A stretch of DNA of 64,000 nt, taken from the IMG/VR virus record IMGVR_UViG_3300001533_000699; one strand, 5' to 3'. Both the position numbers and the translations under genes were made by a program. Positions within the stretch are counted from its first letter, which is position 1. Each line of letters starts with the position of its first letter. The notes under the pieces were generated by a model. It ran no database searches. It was not told where the DNA came from and was given only the letters and a program-made list of their open reading frames with translations. The DNA comes from a virus. This document shows positions 27,538 to 37,391 of this stretch, piece by piece.

Positions 27538-28821
27538 ATGATGAACGAGCAGCAAGGCCAGTCGATTGCACGCGAGGGGCAAGGCAGCTACAGCGGAGAC
27601 GTTATCTTGGAAAACCTAGAAATGGGCACCAAGCAAGGGTTCAATCACGTAGCTAAGTATTGGCTCGAAAACGGTTGTATGTCGTTCGATGAAGCCATTC
27701 AACAGCTTAGCAACGAACAGCAACAGATTCAAGACTTCCATGAGCCGCTGGAAGCATGGGACGTAGTCGTTGTGAACAACGGCGTGGCTTTCCGGCGTAG
27801 GGCCGATGGTAGGGACTACATCCCCACAGACCATGCGTTGAATCTCATGTGTCAGGTTGGGCGTGGTTTGTCATCTTGGACCGTCCGCAATCTTCGCGAC
27901 CCAATTCCGCACGCTACCAAAAAGGACGATGATGGTACCCCGTTGACGCTGAAGGGTGGAGAGCGTACCCAAGCCGATTATCAGGTACTCAGGGACTACA
28001 TTGCCCTGCATCTGTTCAACCCAGACCGTGTAAACCAACAAAAAACACGACTGTTCCGCACATGGAACGATGGCACCTTACGTGCTCTGTTGAGCGAACA
28101 ATACAGCATCGTCAACAATGCGTGGTTCCTTGATGTTCTGTCGAAGGCAATTCCAGGGGGTGTGGTGTCTCACTGGAAAGGTGATGCCGACAGCATCTAC
28201 GGAAACATTTTGATTCCAGACACAATCCGTAAAGAAAATGACTCCGACTTTGGGGGTATGCTATCTGTCGGCAACAGCGAAATTGGTACACGACGCATTT
28301 CATCCTGCCCATCGGTGTTCCGTGCGATTTGCATGAACGGCTGTATCTGGAATCAGGAAATGGGCAAGGCACTTAGTAAGGTGCATCGTGGCAAGTTGGA
28401 CTTCAGCCAATTGGCTGCGATGATTACAGAAAACCTGGAAGCACAGATTCCAATGCTTCCGCAAGGCATCGAACGCGTACTTGGATTGCGTGCATTCGGG
28501 TGCGGGGAAACACCAACTATAAACCTGTTGGCACAAACCGCAATCGACTACAACCTATCTAAGCGGCAAACACAAGCGGTGTTTGATGGGTGGTTGGAAG
28601 AGAACAATATTCTTGGTCTGAAGGAAAGCAGGACAGCGTTCGGTTTGACCGCTGCAATCACGCGTGCCGGTCAATATTTTGACAACGAAACCTGGGTACG
28701 TTTTGACGGTATCGCAGGTGAGTTTGCGAACTACAACCGCAACGCATGGGACCAATTCCGTAACCGTGCCGAGAATCTGACCGTCAAACAAGTAGAGAAG
28801 CGTATGATGTTATCTGTGTAA
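27538..28821 (+). CDS. DUF932-family protein
   Basis: RALLSEQY..VNN, NSEIG and FRAICMNG motifs. Confidence 0.75.
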   Translation: MMNEQQGQSIAREGQGSYSGDVILENLEMGTKQGFNHVAKYWLENGCMSFDEAIQQLSNEQQQIQDFHEPLEAWDVVVVNNGVAFRRRADGRDYIPTDHALNLMCQVGRGLSSWTVRNLRDPIPHATKKDDDGTPLTLKGGERTQADYQVLRDYIALHLFNPDRVNQQKTRLFRTWNDGTLRALLSEQYSIVNNAWFLDVLSKAIPGGVVSHWKGDADSIYGNILIPDTIRKENDSDFGGMLSVGNSEIGTRRISSCPSVFRAICMNGCIWNQEMGKALSKVHRGKLDFSQLAAMITENLEAQIPMLPQGIERVLGLRAFGCGETPTINLLAQTAIDYNLSKRQTQAVFDGWLEENNILGLKESRTAFGLTAAITRAGQYFDNETWVRFDGIAGEFANYNRNAWDQFRNRAENLTVKQVEKRMMLSV

Positions 28822-28902
28822 ATACAAGATTGGCATCCGACTGAGCCACTTGGTTCAGTCGGATGCTATGAGTTTTCAATTCACTAACAGAAAGGAAAAG
28901 AG

Positions 28903-29451
28903 ATGTCAATCAAAAAACTAACAGACGCACAAGTTGGGCAACGCATCAGTTTTATGTATTTGGGCGGTACAAACCCAGGTGCAGTCAGGCATGTAGAGGT
29001 AGTAGAAGTACTTGGTGACCGCATTGTGGGAGTAGACCTAGATAAAGACGCGCTGCGTGTGTTTATGGTAGACAAGGCGGTGATGATTGAGGTATTGCCC
29101 GACAAGCCCGCGGTAGCTCCACGCAAGCTATTCACCAAAGAGCAGGCTCGCGAAATGGTGCGGACTTACATCGACTCGTTGAACGGTCCAGAACTTGCCA
29201 ACGTGTTGGGCGCATGCCATGATTGCGTTGATGCCACATATGACGAATCTGGTAACATTACTGTGCAATACCAGAAACCCGGTATCCAACACGAAGAGTT
29301 GGGCTTCACCGTGTTCAACGACGATGGCGAAGGATTGTATATCTGCAAAGCAGAAGACGACGAACAGCTATTGGTCAACGACAAAGCAATCAGCGACCCG
29401 TATGTCCTTGCCCACAAATTATGCACGCATTTGGGTTTGACAATCGAATAA
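28903..29451 (+). CDS. WYL-like domain protein
   Basis: N-terminal F.Y.GG..PG..R.VE......G.D......R.F..DK pattern. Confidence 0.55.
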   Translation: MSIKKLTDAQVGQRISFMYLGGTNPGAVRHVEVVEVLGDRIVGVDLDKDALRVFMVDKAVMIEVLPDKPAVAPRKLFTKEQAREMVRTYIDSLNGPELANVLGACHDCVDATYDESGNITVQYQKPGIQHEELGFTVFNDDGEGLYICKAEDDEQLLVNDKAISDPYVLAHKLCTHLGLTIE

Positions 29452-29517
29452 CCTGTGGTAAAATACAGGTACTGAACGAGTTTCACTTTCACTTTCATTT
29501 TCAAAAGGAGTTTTTCA

Positions 29518-29850
29518 ATGGCACGAGCAACGTTCACCGACAAACAGCTTTGTCTTGCATGGGCGGCGGCATTTAAGAGCACCCCCAAGGGTACGCGAGG
29601 CGATGTGGTACGAGCTTTGATGGCAGAAGTCGGCATCGAAGACAATGCGGACAACTACCGCAAGATGTACAACAACGTCACTCAGCGACACAAGCAGTTG
29701 AGCACCCATCCGACCAATCCGGTCAAGTTTCTGCCTCTTGCCCCTGGGTTGAAGGGTGCCCGTCGTACAGCGGAAGCCATGCAGTCTCTGCAAGATATCT
29801 TTGCGGAAACCGATGACGATGACGATGACGCTGGTTCCGGATGTGGTTGA
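29518..29850 (+). CDS. Hypothetical protein with acidic tail
   Basis: AAGGAG SD; promoter at 29437. Confidence 0.7.
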   Translation: MARATFTDKQLCLAWAAAFKSTPKGTRGDVVRALMAEVGIEDNADNYRKMYNNVTQRHKQLSTHPTNPVKFLPLAPGLKGARRTAEAMQSLQDIFAETDDDDDDAGSGCG

Positions 29851-29973
29851 GGTGCTTATCCTAATTACAATCATCCTCTGTATTGTGGATGTCGTAACCG
29901 ACAAGTAATTCCCTTCCTCTGGAGCCCTCGACCGCTATTGGTCGGGGGCTCCACAAACAAACCTGGAACAGTG

Positions 29974-30222
29974 ATGAATAAAACTGTACTTGGTGCTCCT
30001 AATCCTGGCACCCACGACGTTGGGGAAGAAATTTGTTGTGGTGTATGTGGTACTGCTATGAAAGTTGTTCGTAACGTATTGGGGCCTCGTGGGTTCGCCC
30101 AGGCAATGGCTGGAGGTAAGAGCCTGCACGATGCTTACTATTGCCCGAACAGAGGTGAGAGTTGGCATAAACAGCTTATCGCTTTTCGACAAGAAGCAGC
30201 CTTGGTCGGGCGGCGAAATTAG
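29974..30222 (+). CDS. Zn-binding hypothetical protein
   Basis: CGVCG...HD.Y.CP...WH; followed by a terminator at 30256-30282. Confidence 0.55.
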   Translation: MNKTVLGAPNPGTHDVGEEICCGVCGTAMKVVRNVLGPRGFAQAMAGGKSLHDAYYCPNRGESWHKQLIAFRQEAALVGRRN

Positions 30223-30449
30223 TAAAAGCATAAGCACGAGTAGAAACAAAACAGTAAGCCCCGAACACATCGGGGCTTTTTTAGTCACACTCCATCCGAC
30301 CCCCTCGGTTGGGGTATGCGCCAAACTGCTATAAAATCTATGGCAATTAGATTGGTACGCTCTATCTGGCGTGGTGAAACGGGTCTACGCTAATCGATAG
30401 TCAACAAAACGAGATTGACTTTACCCCCCTTCTAGTGTATAATACTGTT

Positions 30450-30576
30450 AGTCCCGTCGAGTAGCCCAACCCAGGCTGGGGCAATTCTGAAGGAAAGCGA
30501 AGGTGGAACTAAAAAGGGTGAGGTATGGTCTGCCTACCTGAAACGACTAACCCCGACATGTTCGGGGTTTCTTTTT
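30450..30576 (+). ncRNA. Candidate ~125-nt structured RNA
   Basis: TTGACT-N17-TATAAT at 30415-30443; ends in the AACCCCGA/TCGGGGTT terminator; internal hairpins. Confidence 0.55.
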
Positions 30577-30667
30577 AGACACACCTAAAGTGGTCTGGTT
30601 GTCTGGCTAATGTCTGTAGCTAGCAAAATCAAAAAGAATAGAATAAGCAGGGAAGCCCCCCCCTTAC

Positions 30668-30895
30668 TTATTTCCATATTTTGCTCAAGAGTGGCCAACA
30701 CACCAAGTATACGCAATACGCCACAAACACCATAAATGTGTATATGACTATTGGTAGCCAGCATACGGAAAATAGAATACTGTAGTCCGCACTTAGATAT
30801 GGGTCTTTGGTTATTTCTATTGCGATAAGTAAACCAATGAATACATAAATGATAAGAAAGATGATGACATAATCCATTGTGTTACACCTAAACAA
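30668..30895 (-). CDS. Small membrane protein
   Basis: Two hydrophobic helices. Confidence 0.5.
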   Translation of the reverse strand: MFRCNTMDYVIIFLIIYVFIGLLIAIEITKDPYLSADYSILFSVCWLPIVIYTFMVFVAYCVYLVCWPLLSKIWK

Positions 30896-30933
30896 TCGTC
30901 GTTTGTCTAGAGAATGTCTGTAGTCAGTAAAAG

Positions 30934-31017
30934 TGGGTCGAGGGAGAGTCGAACTCCCAAGCGCTCATCACGCGCCTGATTTACAGTCAGGTGGGCTCAC
31001 CTATGCCCAGCCGACCC
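30934..31017 (-). tRNA. tRNA-Tyr(GTA)
   Basis: CCTGA-CTGTAAA-TCAGG, long variable arm, GGGAG-TTCGACT-CTCCC. Confidence 0.9.
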
Positions 31018-31025
31018 GTCTATTG

Positions 31026-31256
31026 TTATACTACACCAAAAATCCAGTGTGTTGTCAATAGATAGATGAAAAAACACAAAATAAGCAGGGAAGTGGCCAT
31101 GGATGAATATATTACAATCCGCATCATTGCTATCAACTTCTCTGTGTCAACATCCTTTATGCCTCTCCATTTAAGCCACATCTCACGAAGTAGGATTACT
31201 GGTACTCCAATAGGTAGACCAATAAACAAAAAACAAGAAACCATGAATTTAGTCAT
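31026..31256 (-). CDS. Small membrane protein
   Basis: Two hydrophobic helices. Confidence 0.5.
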   Translation of the reverse strand: MTKFMVSCFLFIGLPIGVPVILLREMWLKWRGIKDVDTEKLIAMMRIVIYSSMATSLLILCFFIYLLTTHWIFGVV

Positions 31257-31504
31257 TATGTTCTAGCCTAGCTCTCTCGCGTACAGCACCCTTACCCTTA
31301 CCAAATCTCATATCCAAGAGCGCCAACTGTTCTTGTGCCGAACGGTCGTCTCTCGCCTCTTGGCGTTTTTCGGCTTGTTGGCGTTTTACTGTACGGCGTT
31401 CACGTGTTTTTTGACCCATGTTTTTTCCTGAATTATAAATGAAGAAATTAAAAATAAGTGCGTCTCTCTCTCACACTTATATCTTACCACAAGATTTACA
31501 AAAG

Positions 31505-32031
31505 TCAAGCCCCAACTCTGTCTAGAACTTGCTGCAATGACAACGGCATGTAGCCCGTCTTTTCCACGCACAGGTTTCTACCAGTAAACGGCGAGCGCGT
31601 GTGTGTATGACCATGTAACCATATAAGATTAGGGTCGCGCCTTGTTTCACGCTCAATAAGCCCCTTACTCCAACAGTTATCTTCTGGCGGGCGATGCACC
31701 AGCAAAAAAGAGTGTTGTTCTATATCGACAATGTGCCAGTTAAGTACGCTGACGAACATGTTTGATAGTTGTGGGGTTTTGGCAATAAGTTTATCGTGGT
31801 TTCCTCTTATCAACACGATATTCTTACATTTAATTTGTCTTCTTATAAGAATAATATCACCTATAGTAATCCCACGACCAAACGCAAAATCACCCAAGTG
31901 CCAAAGAGTATCGTCTACGCCAACAACATCATTTATATTTTTTATAAGCGCCTTATCCATATCAGAAGAGTTGGCGAAAGGCCGCTGGCAGTACCGAATG
32001 ATATTTGCGTGTCGCTAATAAAGTAATGCAT
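31505..32031 (-). pseudogene. Calcineurin-like phosphoesterase, frameshifted
   Basis: MHYFISDT from ATG 32031 is out of frame with ANIIRYCQRPF...HLGDF...GNHD...HGHTH; the first-motif HxGH is missing. Confidence 0.75.
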
Positions 32032-33224
32032 ACGGATATCTTACCACAAAATTTTCAAAAGTCAAGTGCAAAAATTCCTCCTTATAGACTCTATTATGCT
32101 TCATATTGATACAAGTTGTGGCTACTATAGTGAGGACTTAACCTGTGTGAGTAATCTGGCGTAATGAAAGAGGGACTAACACGTGTGATTATGTTCTGTG
32201 TCGTTGATGTACGGTAGACCACGACAACCTTCCCTGCTTATACTTAACGTAAGGCGTAGCGTGTACGTAGACCTATATCTAACGGTATCATCGAGTGCAT
32301 TTGACTTGCCTATATCTATAAATAGGAATTTCATGTGTGTCTGCCCCACGCTTTTATGTTAAAAACAAAGGTAGCGCCGTCATCGCAGACCGACAACCAA
32401 AAAGATGGACTGTATTATGTTAAGCGAGCCCGACAGAGTAGAGACAGTGGTCTCTAACTGGCATCGCTACTCGGCTTCAGGGTATCGTCACGGTAACCCG
32501 CTACTCCCATCCATCGCCCCCAACGCAAACTCTTTACTCATATATTTTTTAGCCTGTTGAGGTAGGCTACTCTATTATACGCCTCACACCACCCGTTTGT
32601 CAACCACTAACCCAGATTTGTACCAAAGTGTAACACATCCGAACACAACGTACGGTTTCGAACACCGTTTTTAGGTAAACCCCCCCTCTCAGAGACACAA
32701 TGTTGCGTAATTGGTACAAAAAGTGGCTAATTTAATGCTATTTTGACACGTTAAGCGTTAAATTCGCCGCATCTCTTGACTTTTTCGAAATTTATGATAA
32801 AATACGGGTAAGAACTCGAAAAAACCTGTGATATTACGTAAGTCCTTACTGTGTAAGGGTTAAACGAGCCGTGATATATCATGGAGGGCAGTAGTCTTGC
32901 TATGCATGGGGCTCCTGCACCCAATTTCCTAGCGAAAAAATCCCCCCACCCCACCAACTCACCCCATAAGGGCTTACAACACTATTTGCTTGTTCTTCTT
33001 AGTGTTTTTGGTTGTTTTCTTATGGTGTTTTTGAGTACATATACCACAAATAACAAAAAAAATAGAATAATAACCACAATACAATTCACACTACGAACAC
33101 TCAATACAAACACCGCTTTCACAACGTTAAGCAGGGAATATCCCACTCACAACACATCATAACGCTTGTTATTCCTATGAAATAGGCAGAAATACAAAAC
33201 AGCGTATTTAAGAAATAGAAAACC

Positions 33225-33512
33225 ATGAAAATATGGCTAGATGACGAAAGAGCCGCCCCTCCTGGGTGGATACATGTGAAAAATGTAGTAGAAGCCATTA
33301 GTCTTTTGCAAACAGAACAAGTTGAGGAAATTAGCCTTGACAATGACCTCGGTCATCAAATGAAAGAAGGGCGTGAAGTCGCTCGATACATCGAAGAGGC
33401 GGCGATTCGTGGAATAATGCCACGCATCAAGATACACGTGCACACAGCCAATCCTGTGGCTCGTCAATACATGTTGGCTGCTATTCGTAACGCAGAAAAG
33501 GCTTGGGGATAA
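33225..33512 (+). CDS. Cyclic-phosphate-processing receiver (cREC) domain protein
   Basis: KIWLDDER.AP.GW, ISLDNDLG and HTANPVAR motifs. Confidence 0.8.
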   Translation: MKIWLDDERAAPPGWIHVKNVVEAISLLQTEQVEEISLDNDLGHQMKEGREVARYIEEAAIRGIMPRIKIHVHTANPVARQYMLAAIRNAEKAWG

Positions 33513-33666
33513 CTATGTATTTATTTCTGCTGTTGTACGGCGTTATTGGTGTTCTTGTGTGTGATTGTGTGTACCATATACATGCTAATGCACACAAGGC
33601 TTTATTCTATGGGTCGATGTGGCCTATTACTATTACGATTTTCTTTATTAAACATGTGAGAAAACA

Positions 33667-33921
33667 ATGAGATATTCAGATGAAATCACTAGCCTTACTT
33701 TATGGTTTAAGGCTGCACTTAGTTCAGTAGACACTATTGAAATAACGCAACAACAATATGAGTATGGTTTTGGTAGTCTGCCCGTGAACCTATTGACTAT
33801 TTGCAACAATGCGTTTGATGTGTGGTTGATACATCGAAAGTATGAACTTAGCTATAGTCAGATAAGTATTGCATTCTTTACGGCGGCAGAAGCTATCGGC
33901 AAATTAAAAATTCGTAATTAA
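33667..33921 (+). CDS. Hypothetical protein
   Basis: 84-aa ORF in the plus-strand gene run. Confidence 0.5.
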   Translation: MRYSDEITSLTLWFKAALSSVDTIEITQQQYEYGFGSLPVNLLTICNNAFDVWLIHRKYELSYSQISIAFFTAAEAIGKLKIRN

Positions 33922-33944
33922 CTCTAGCCACACCTTCCCTGCTT

Positions 33945-34457
33945 ATGAACATTTTTGCACTTGACAGAAATCCACGTATTGCCGCCCAATGTCATTGTGA
34001 TGTGCATGTACGCAAGATGACCGTAGAGTCTGCTCAGATACTATGCACCGTTAATCACTTATATGGAACCTACGACAACATTCCGTATAAGTCCACACAT
34101 GTGCACCATCCGTGTGTTAAATGGGCATGTGAGTCTCAACAGAACTATAACTGGTTATGTGAGCTAGGAATCGGGCTTGCTAAAGAGTTCACGTTTAGGT
34201 TTGGACGCTTCCATAAAACCGAGAGCGTATTATACTGGTGTAGGCACCATAACCCGTGTCCTTTTAATCGTACGCTAGGTACATCGCAGCACTTTGCCTT
34301 ATGTATGCCAGAGCGGTGGCGTGGAGAAGATGGAGTATCTTCTTATCGTAGATATTATGCGGCAGAAAAGGCGGATATTGCTAAGTGGACTAAAAGAAGT
34401 AAACCGCCGTGGTGGCTCAGATATAAGATGTTGTACTATTACCCAAATAAATCATGA
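33945..34457 (+). CDS. Pyrimidine-dimer DNA glycosylase (endonuclease V-like) family
   Basis: MNIF.LD..P..AAQ.HCD.HV.KM..ESAQ.L, H.HHPC..W and YRRYY...K motifs. Confidence 0.8.
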   Translation: MNIFALDRNPRIAAQCHCDVHVRKMTVESAQILCTVNHLYGTYDNIPYKSTHVHHPCVKWACESQQNYNWLCELGIGLAKEFTFRFGRFHKTESVLYWCRHHNPCPFNRTLGTSQHFALCMPERWRGEDGVSSYRRYYAAEKADIAKWTKRSKPPWWLRYKMLYYYPNKS

Positions 34458-34563
34458 TAAAACAAGTCATTGTAATTCGCAAAGACCTTAAAATGAGGCG
34501 GGGTAAGGAAATAGCTCAAGGTGCTCAATCGATAAGATAACTAGACATTTAAGGCTATACTAA
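34454..34563 (+). pseudogene. pth2: Peptidyl-tRNA hydrolase Pth2 remnant (internal deletion)
   Basis: MIKQVIVIRKDLKMRRGKEIAQGA joined out of frame to the family C-terminus IDKITRHLRLY*. Confidence 0.8.
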
Positions 34564-34565
34564 AA

Positions 34566-35015
34566 GTGGAAGCGAGACATTACTATCACTTATCGGCTCT
34601 GTATTTAGGTGGTCCAAAAATCACATTAACCCCTCGTGATTTTGGTGTCAATAGAGGCTATGATGAACCAGACAATAAACGTATTTGTGTTGCTCCATCA
34701 CCAGAGCACTGTATGATTGCATTAGGTGGTTTATTATGTAGTGGTGACTACATATATGTGTATAAGACAAAGAATAAGGTTAAGGGTTTCAGTCCTCATA
34801 ATGTTGTTGATGTAGATGTTACTTTAGAACGTTGGTTATTAAGACGTACTAGTTTTGTACTTGAGACTCAAATCGAATTAGAGTGTGCAAATGGTCTCAT
34901 TGATATATTAGAGGATATGAACCATATCGGCACGGCCAAAGGTATACCGATTCAGCGGCTCGCCCTACAAAAATTAAAAAGAATGAAGTTGACATTTGCT
35001 AGTGTTGTTGTATAA
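34566..35015 (+). CDS. Hypothetical protein, possible ADP-ribosyltransferase fold
   Basis: YYHLS...RICVAPS...YVY...T.E.W pattern; fold call is tentative. Confidence 0.45.
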   Translation: MEARHYYHLSALYLGGPKITLTPRDFGVNRGYDEPDNKRICVAPSPEHCMIALGGLLCSGDYIYVYKTKNKVKGFSPHNVVDVDVTLERWLLRRTSFVLETQIELECANGLIDILEDMNHIGTAKGIPIQRLALQKLKRMKLTFASVVV

Positions 35016-35073
35016 TAGAATAACAAAGAAGTTTGTTTTTTTTTATTAACTGTAGACAATAAGGAGTGAAAAA

Positions 35074-35313
35074 ATGGCTAGAACAGCAAAGATGAATGGG
35101 AATCAACGACGTTCGGTGGCGAGTCTCGCAAAGCAGCATGGTGCCTCACGAGCAGCGGAAATTTTAGCAGCACCAAACGATACAGAAGATGCTAAGCTAC
35201 GTGCAAAGAGTTTGTTTCCTGAACCTATCACTGTTACAATCGCTACTGTATGTCGATATGCCAAGGAATACGGCATTGCATTGGCGAAGGGTCGTCGCCC
35301 GAAGCAAGTTTGA
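35074..35313 (+). CDS. Small basic protein
   Basis: AAGGAG SD, own promoter, ends GRRPK. Confidence 0.7.
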   Translation: MARTAKMNGNQRRSVASLAKQHGASRAAEILAAPNDTEDAKLRAKSLFPEPITVTIATVCRYAKEYGIALAKGRRPKQV

Positions 35314-35438
35314 TATTGACTTTTGCGAAATTTGTAGTAAACTATTGGGAGTGGGGCCAAGCAAACCGCCTCGACCTATGCTTGGCTTCACACCTTATTT
35401 ACAAGCTGCAAATTACATGACACAAAGAAGTGAATAAT

Positions 35439-35693
35439 ATGTCTAATATTTTAGAGGAAAAGTTCGGTGCAATTTTGGCTTTTCCGTGGCAAAAATCACA
35501 GAGTCAACCGGATGAAATTATTGGGCAATGGGCAGAAGACGGTAATAGATATGTGATAAGTTGCCCAGAACAATTACGCGACCAACTAGTTAATTTACAA
35601 GTACAGTTGTACGCAAAACTAGATGGTGTAAATAAACTGCGTACACAACTTAATGCAGAAGAACTAAGGATTGAAAAGGTACTACTAACATGA
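35439..35693 (+). CDS. Hypothetical protein
   Basis: Coiled-coil C-terminus. Confidence 0.5.
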   Translation: MSNILEEKFGAILAFPWQKSQSQPDEIIGQWAEDGNRYVISCPEQLRDQLVNLQVQLYAKLDGVNKLRTQLNAEELRIEKVLLT

Positions 35694-35787
35694 AATTTGC
35701 ACTAGATATTATTGTGTTGGTGATGGCGATTGGTATGTTTTTGTGCGTTGTGATGCATGGACTACACTAATAAGAAAGATATATGAT

Positions 35788-36480
35788 ATGCAGAATGTGC
35801 GTATGTACTACGTTGGAGGTTTTGTTCGTGATAAAATCCTTGGCGTAGTTTCAAAAGATATAGATTTTGCTGTTGTTGCGCCGTCATATGAAGCAATGAA
35901 ATGTGAAATTGTTCGGAGGGGCGGTAGTATCTTCATAGAACACCCAGAGTACTTTACTATACGCGCTAAACTACCACAATACAATCAGGTTGCGGATTTT
36001 GTGTTGTGTCGTAAAGACGGTGAGTATGTGGATGGACGTAGGCCAGAAGAAGTTATCCATGGCACCCTTGAAGATGATTTGGCTCGTCGTGATTTCACTA
36101 TGAATGCCATTGCTATTGATGAAAACGGAACTTATATTGACCCACATAATGGTATTGAAGACCTAAATCATGGGTTGATTAGATGTGTTGGTGATACTCG
36201 CACCAGATTTACTGAGGACCACCTACGTTTGTTGCGTGCAGTTAGGTTTGCTATTACTAAGAAAATGATGTGGCATTACGATATCGTTGAATGTCTACAC
36301 GATGCTGATTTAGTAGATAATCTAAAGTATGTTGCTGTAGATAGAATTAGAAGCGAGTTATATAAGTGTTTTTTGTGTGACTCTTCTCTTACTATAGAAA
36401 TACTTGCTGAGTTGCGCTATGTTAGAGAAGCTGTATTCTCTACTGAGCTTTGGCTGAAGCCAACTACTGAGCAAAAATAA
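35788..36480 (+). CDS. cca: Class II tRNA nucleotidyltransferase (CCA/poly(A) polymerase family)
   Basis: VGGFVRD, KDIDF, DLARRDFTMNAIA and RFTEDHLRLLRAVRFA motifs. Confidence 0.88.
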   Translation: MQNVRMYYVGGFVRDKILGVVSKDIDFAVVAPSYEAMKCEIVRRGGSIFIEHPEYFTIRAKLPQYNQVADFVLCRKDGEYVDGRRPEEVIHGTLEDDLARRDFTMNAIAIDENGTYIDPHNGIEDLNHGLIRCVGDTRTRFTEDHLRLLRAVRFAITKKMMWHYDIVECLHDADLVDNLKYVAVDRIRSELYKCFLCDSSLTIEILAELRYVREAVFSTELWLKPTTEQK

Positions 36481-36501
36481 TATAAGAATGTGAGGTAAAG
36501 T

Positions 36502-37101
36502 ATGTCTTGGATAAGTGTAAATCCTGTAAGACAAGTAAATACGACAGGATTACTTGGTGATATAGAGTCCCAATTAAGTGCGGCTCAATACCGTGTGTAT
36601 AGTGACCCTGATTTGGTTACGTCTGCTCATGAAATGACACATGGTATTTGTGCTCGTTTGCGTAACGCCATGAACGTAAAAAACGTATGGTACGTTGGTT
36701 ATGGTAGGGCATTTCACACTTCACAGTCACACATTACACTAGCAGACTTAGCAAAGAAGATACCATCGCAACATCGAGGTATGGGTTATCAGCTATATCT
36801 GATACAGCAACAACAATACTGGAATGATGATGCTGCGTACCTAGTTGAAGAGTTAACGTGCTATCTTAATGGCACGGCTGTGGGTGTTGAACGAAGTTTG
36901 TATCAACGTACGAAGGGGAGCTTTCAGAGTGCATGCGAGTTTCTATACTATGTAATGCACTTACGACAGTTAACAATGAACGATGAAATCAAAGAATACA
37001 TTGAGTTTGTGCATAAGCGTATGATTGAACAAGTAGCTAAGCTTGGCGACTTAGTGAGTATTGTGGCAAGAAAATACCTAGAGGAAATTACAAATGTCTG
37101 A
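36502..37101 (+). CDS. Hypothetical HExxH protein
   Basis: AHEMTHGI plus a downstream EE. Confidence 0.6.
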   Translation: MSWISVNPVRQVNTTGLLGDIESQLSAAQYRVYSDPDLVTSAHEMTHGICARLRNAMNVKNVWYVGYGRAFHTSQSHITLADLAKKIPSQHRGMGYQLYLIQQQQYWNDDAAYLVEELTCYLNGTAVGVERSLYQRTKGSFQSACEFLYYVMHLRQLTMNDEIKEYIEFVHKRMIEQVAKLGDLVSIVARKYLEEITNV

Positions 37102-37306
37102 ATCTCAAGACGCTATGGGTTCTATTGGTGGTGTGCTGATGGCTATATTTTCTATGTTTATTTGTTTTATCATGATTACAGAAGGATGTATTAAAGGCAA
37201 ACCCATGCCAAAAATGAACATGTTTCAAAGGGTAGAGCCAGAACCTTCTTCCAATGATAGGCGATTACGTCGTGAATACGAACACCAAAACGGGTTAAAT
37301 ATTTAA
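37094..37306 (+). CDS. Small membrane protein
   Basis: GAGGA SD; one TM helix. Confidence 0.5.
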   Translation: MSESQDAMGSIGGVLMAIFSMFICFIMITEGCIKGKPMPKMNMFQRVEPEPSSNDRRLRREYEHQNGLNI

Positions 37307-37391
37307 GGCCGGTGGTTGCAAAACGAAAATTTTGTGCTATGATGTAAGTGTGGCACGAATAAACCTCTTGGTTATATGGAGAGTCATCTAA

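Noticed and set aside
30450-30550. Firm hammerhead ribozyme call
   Set aside because: The core reads CTGAAGGA with an over-long linker to stem II and the C is shared with stem I; kept only as a candidate ncRNA.
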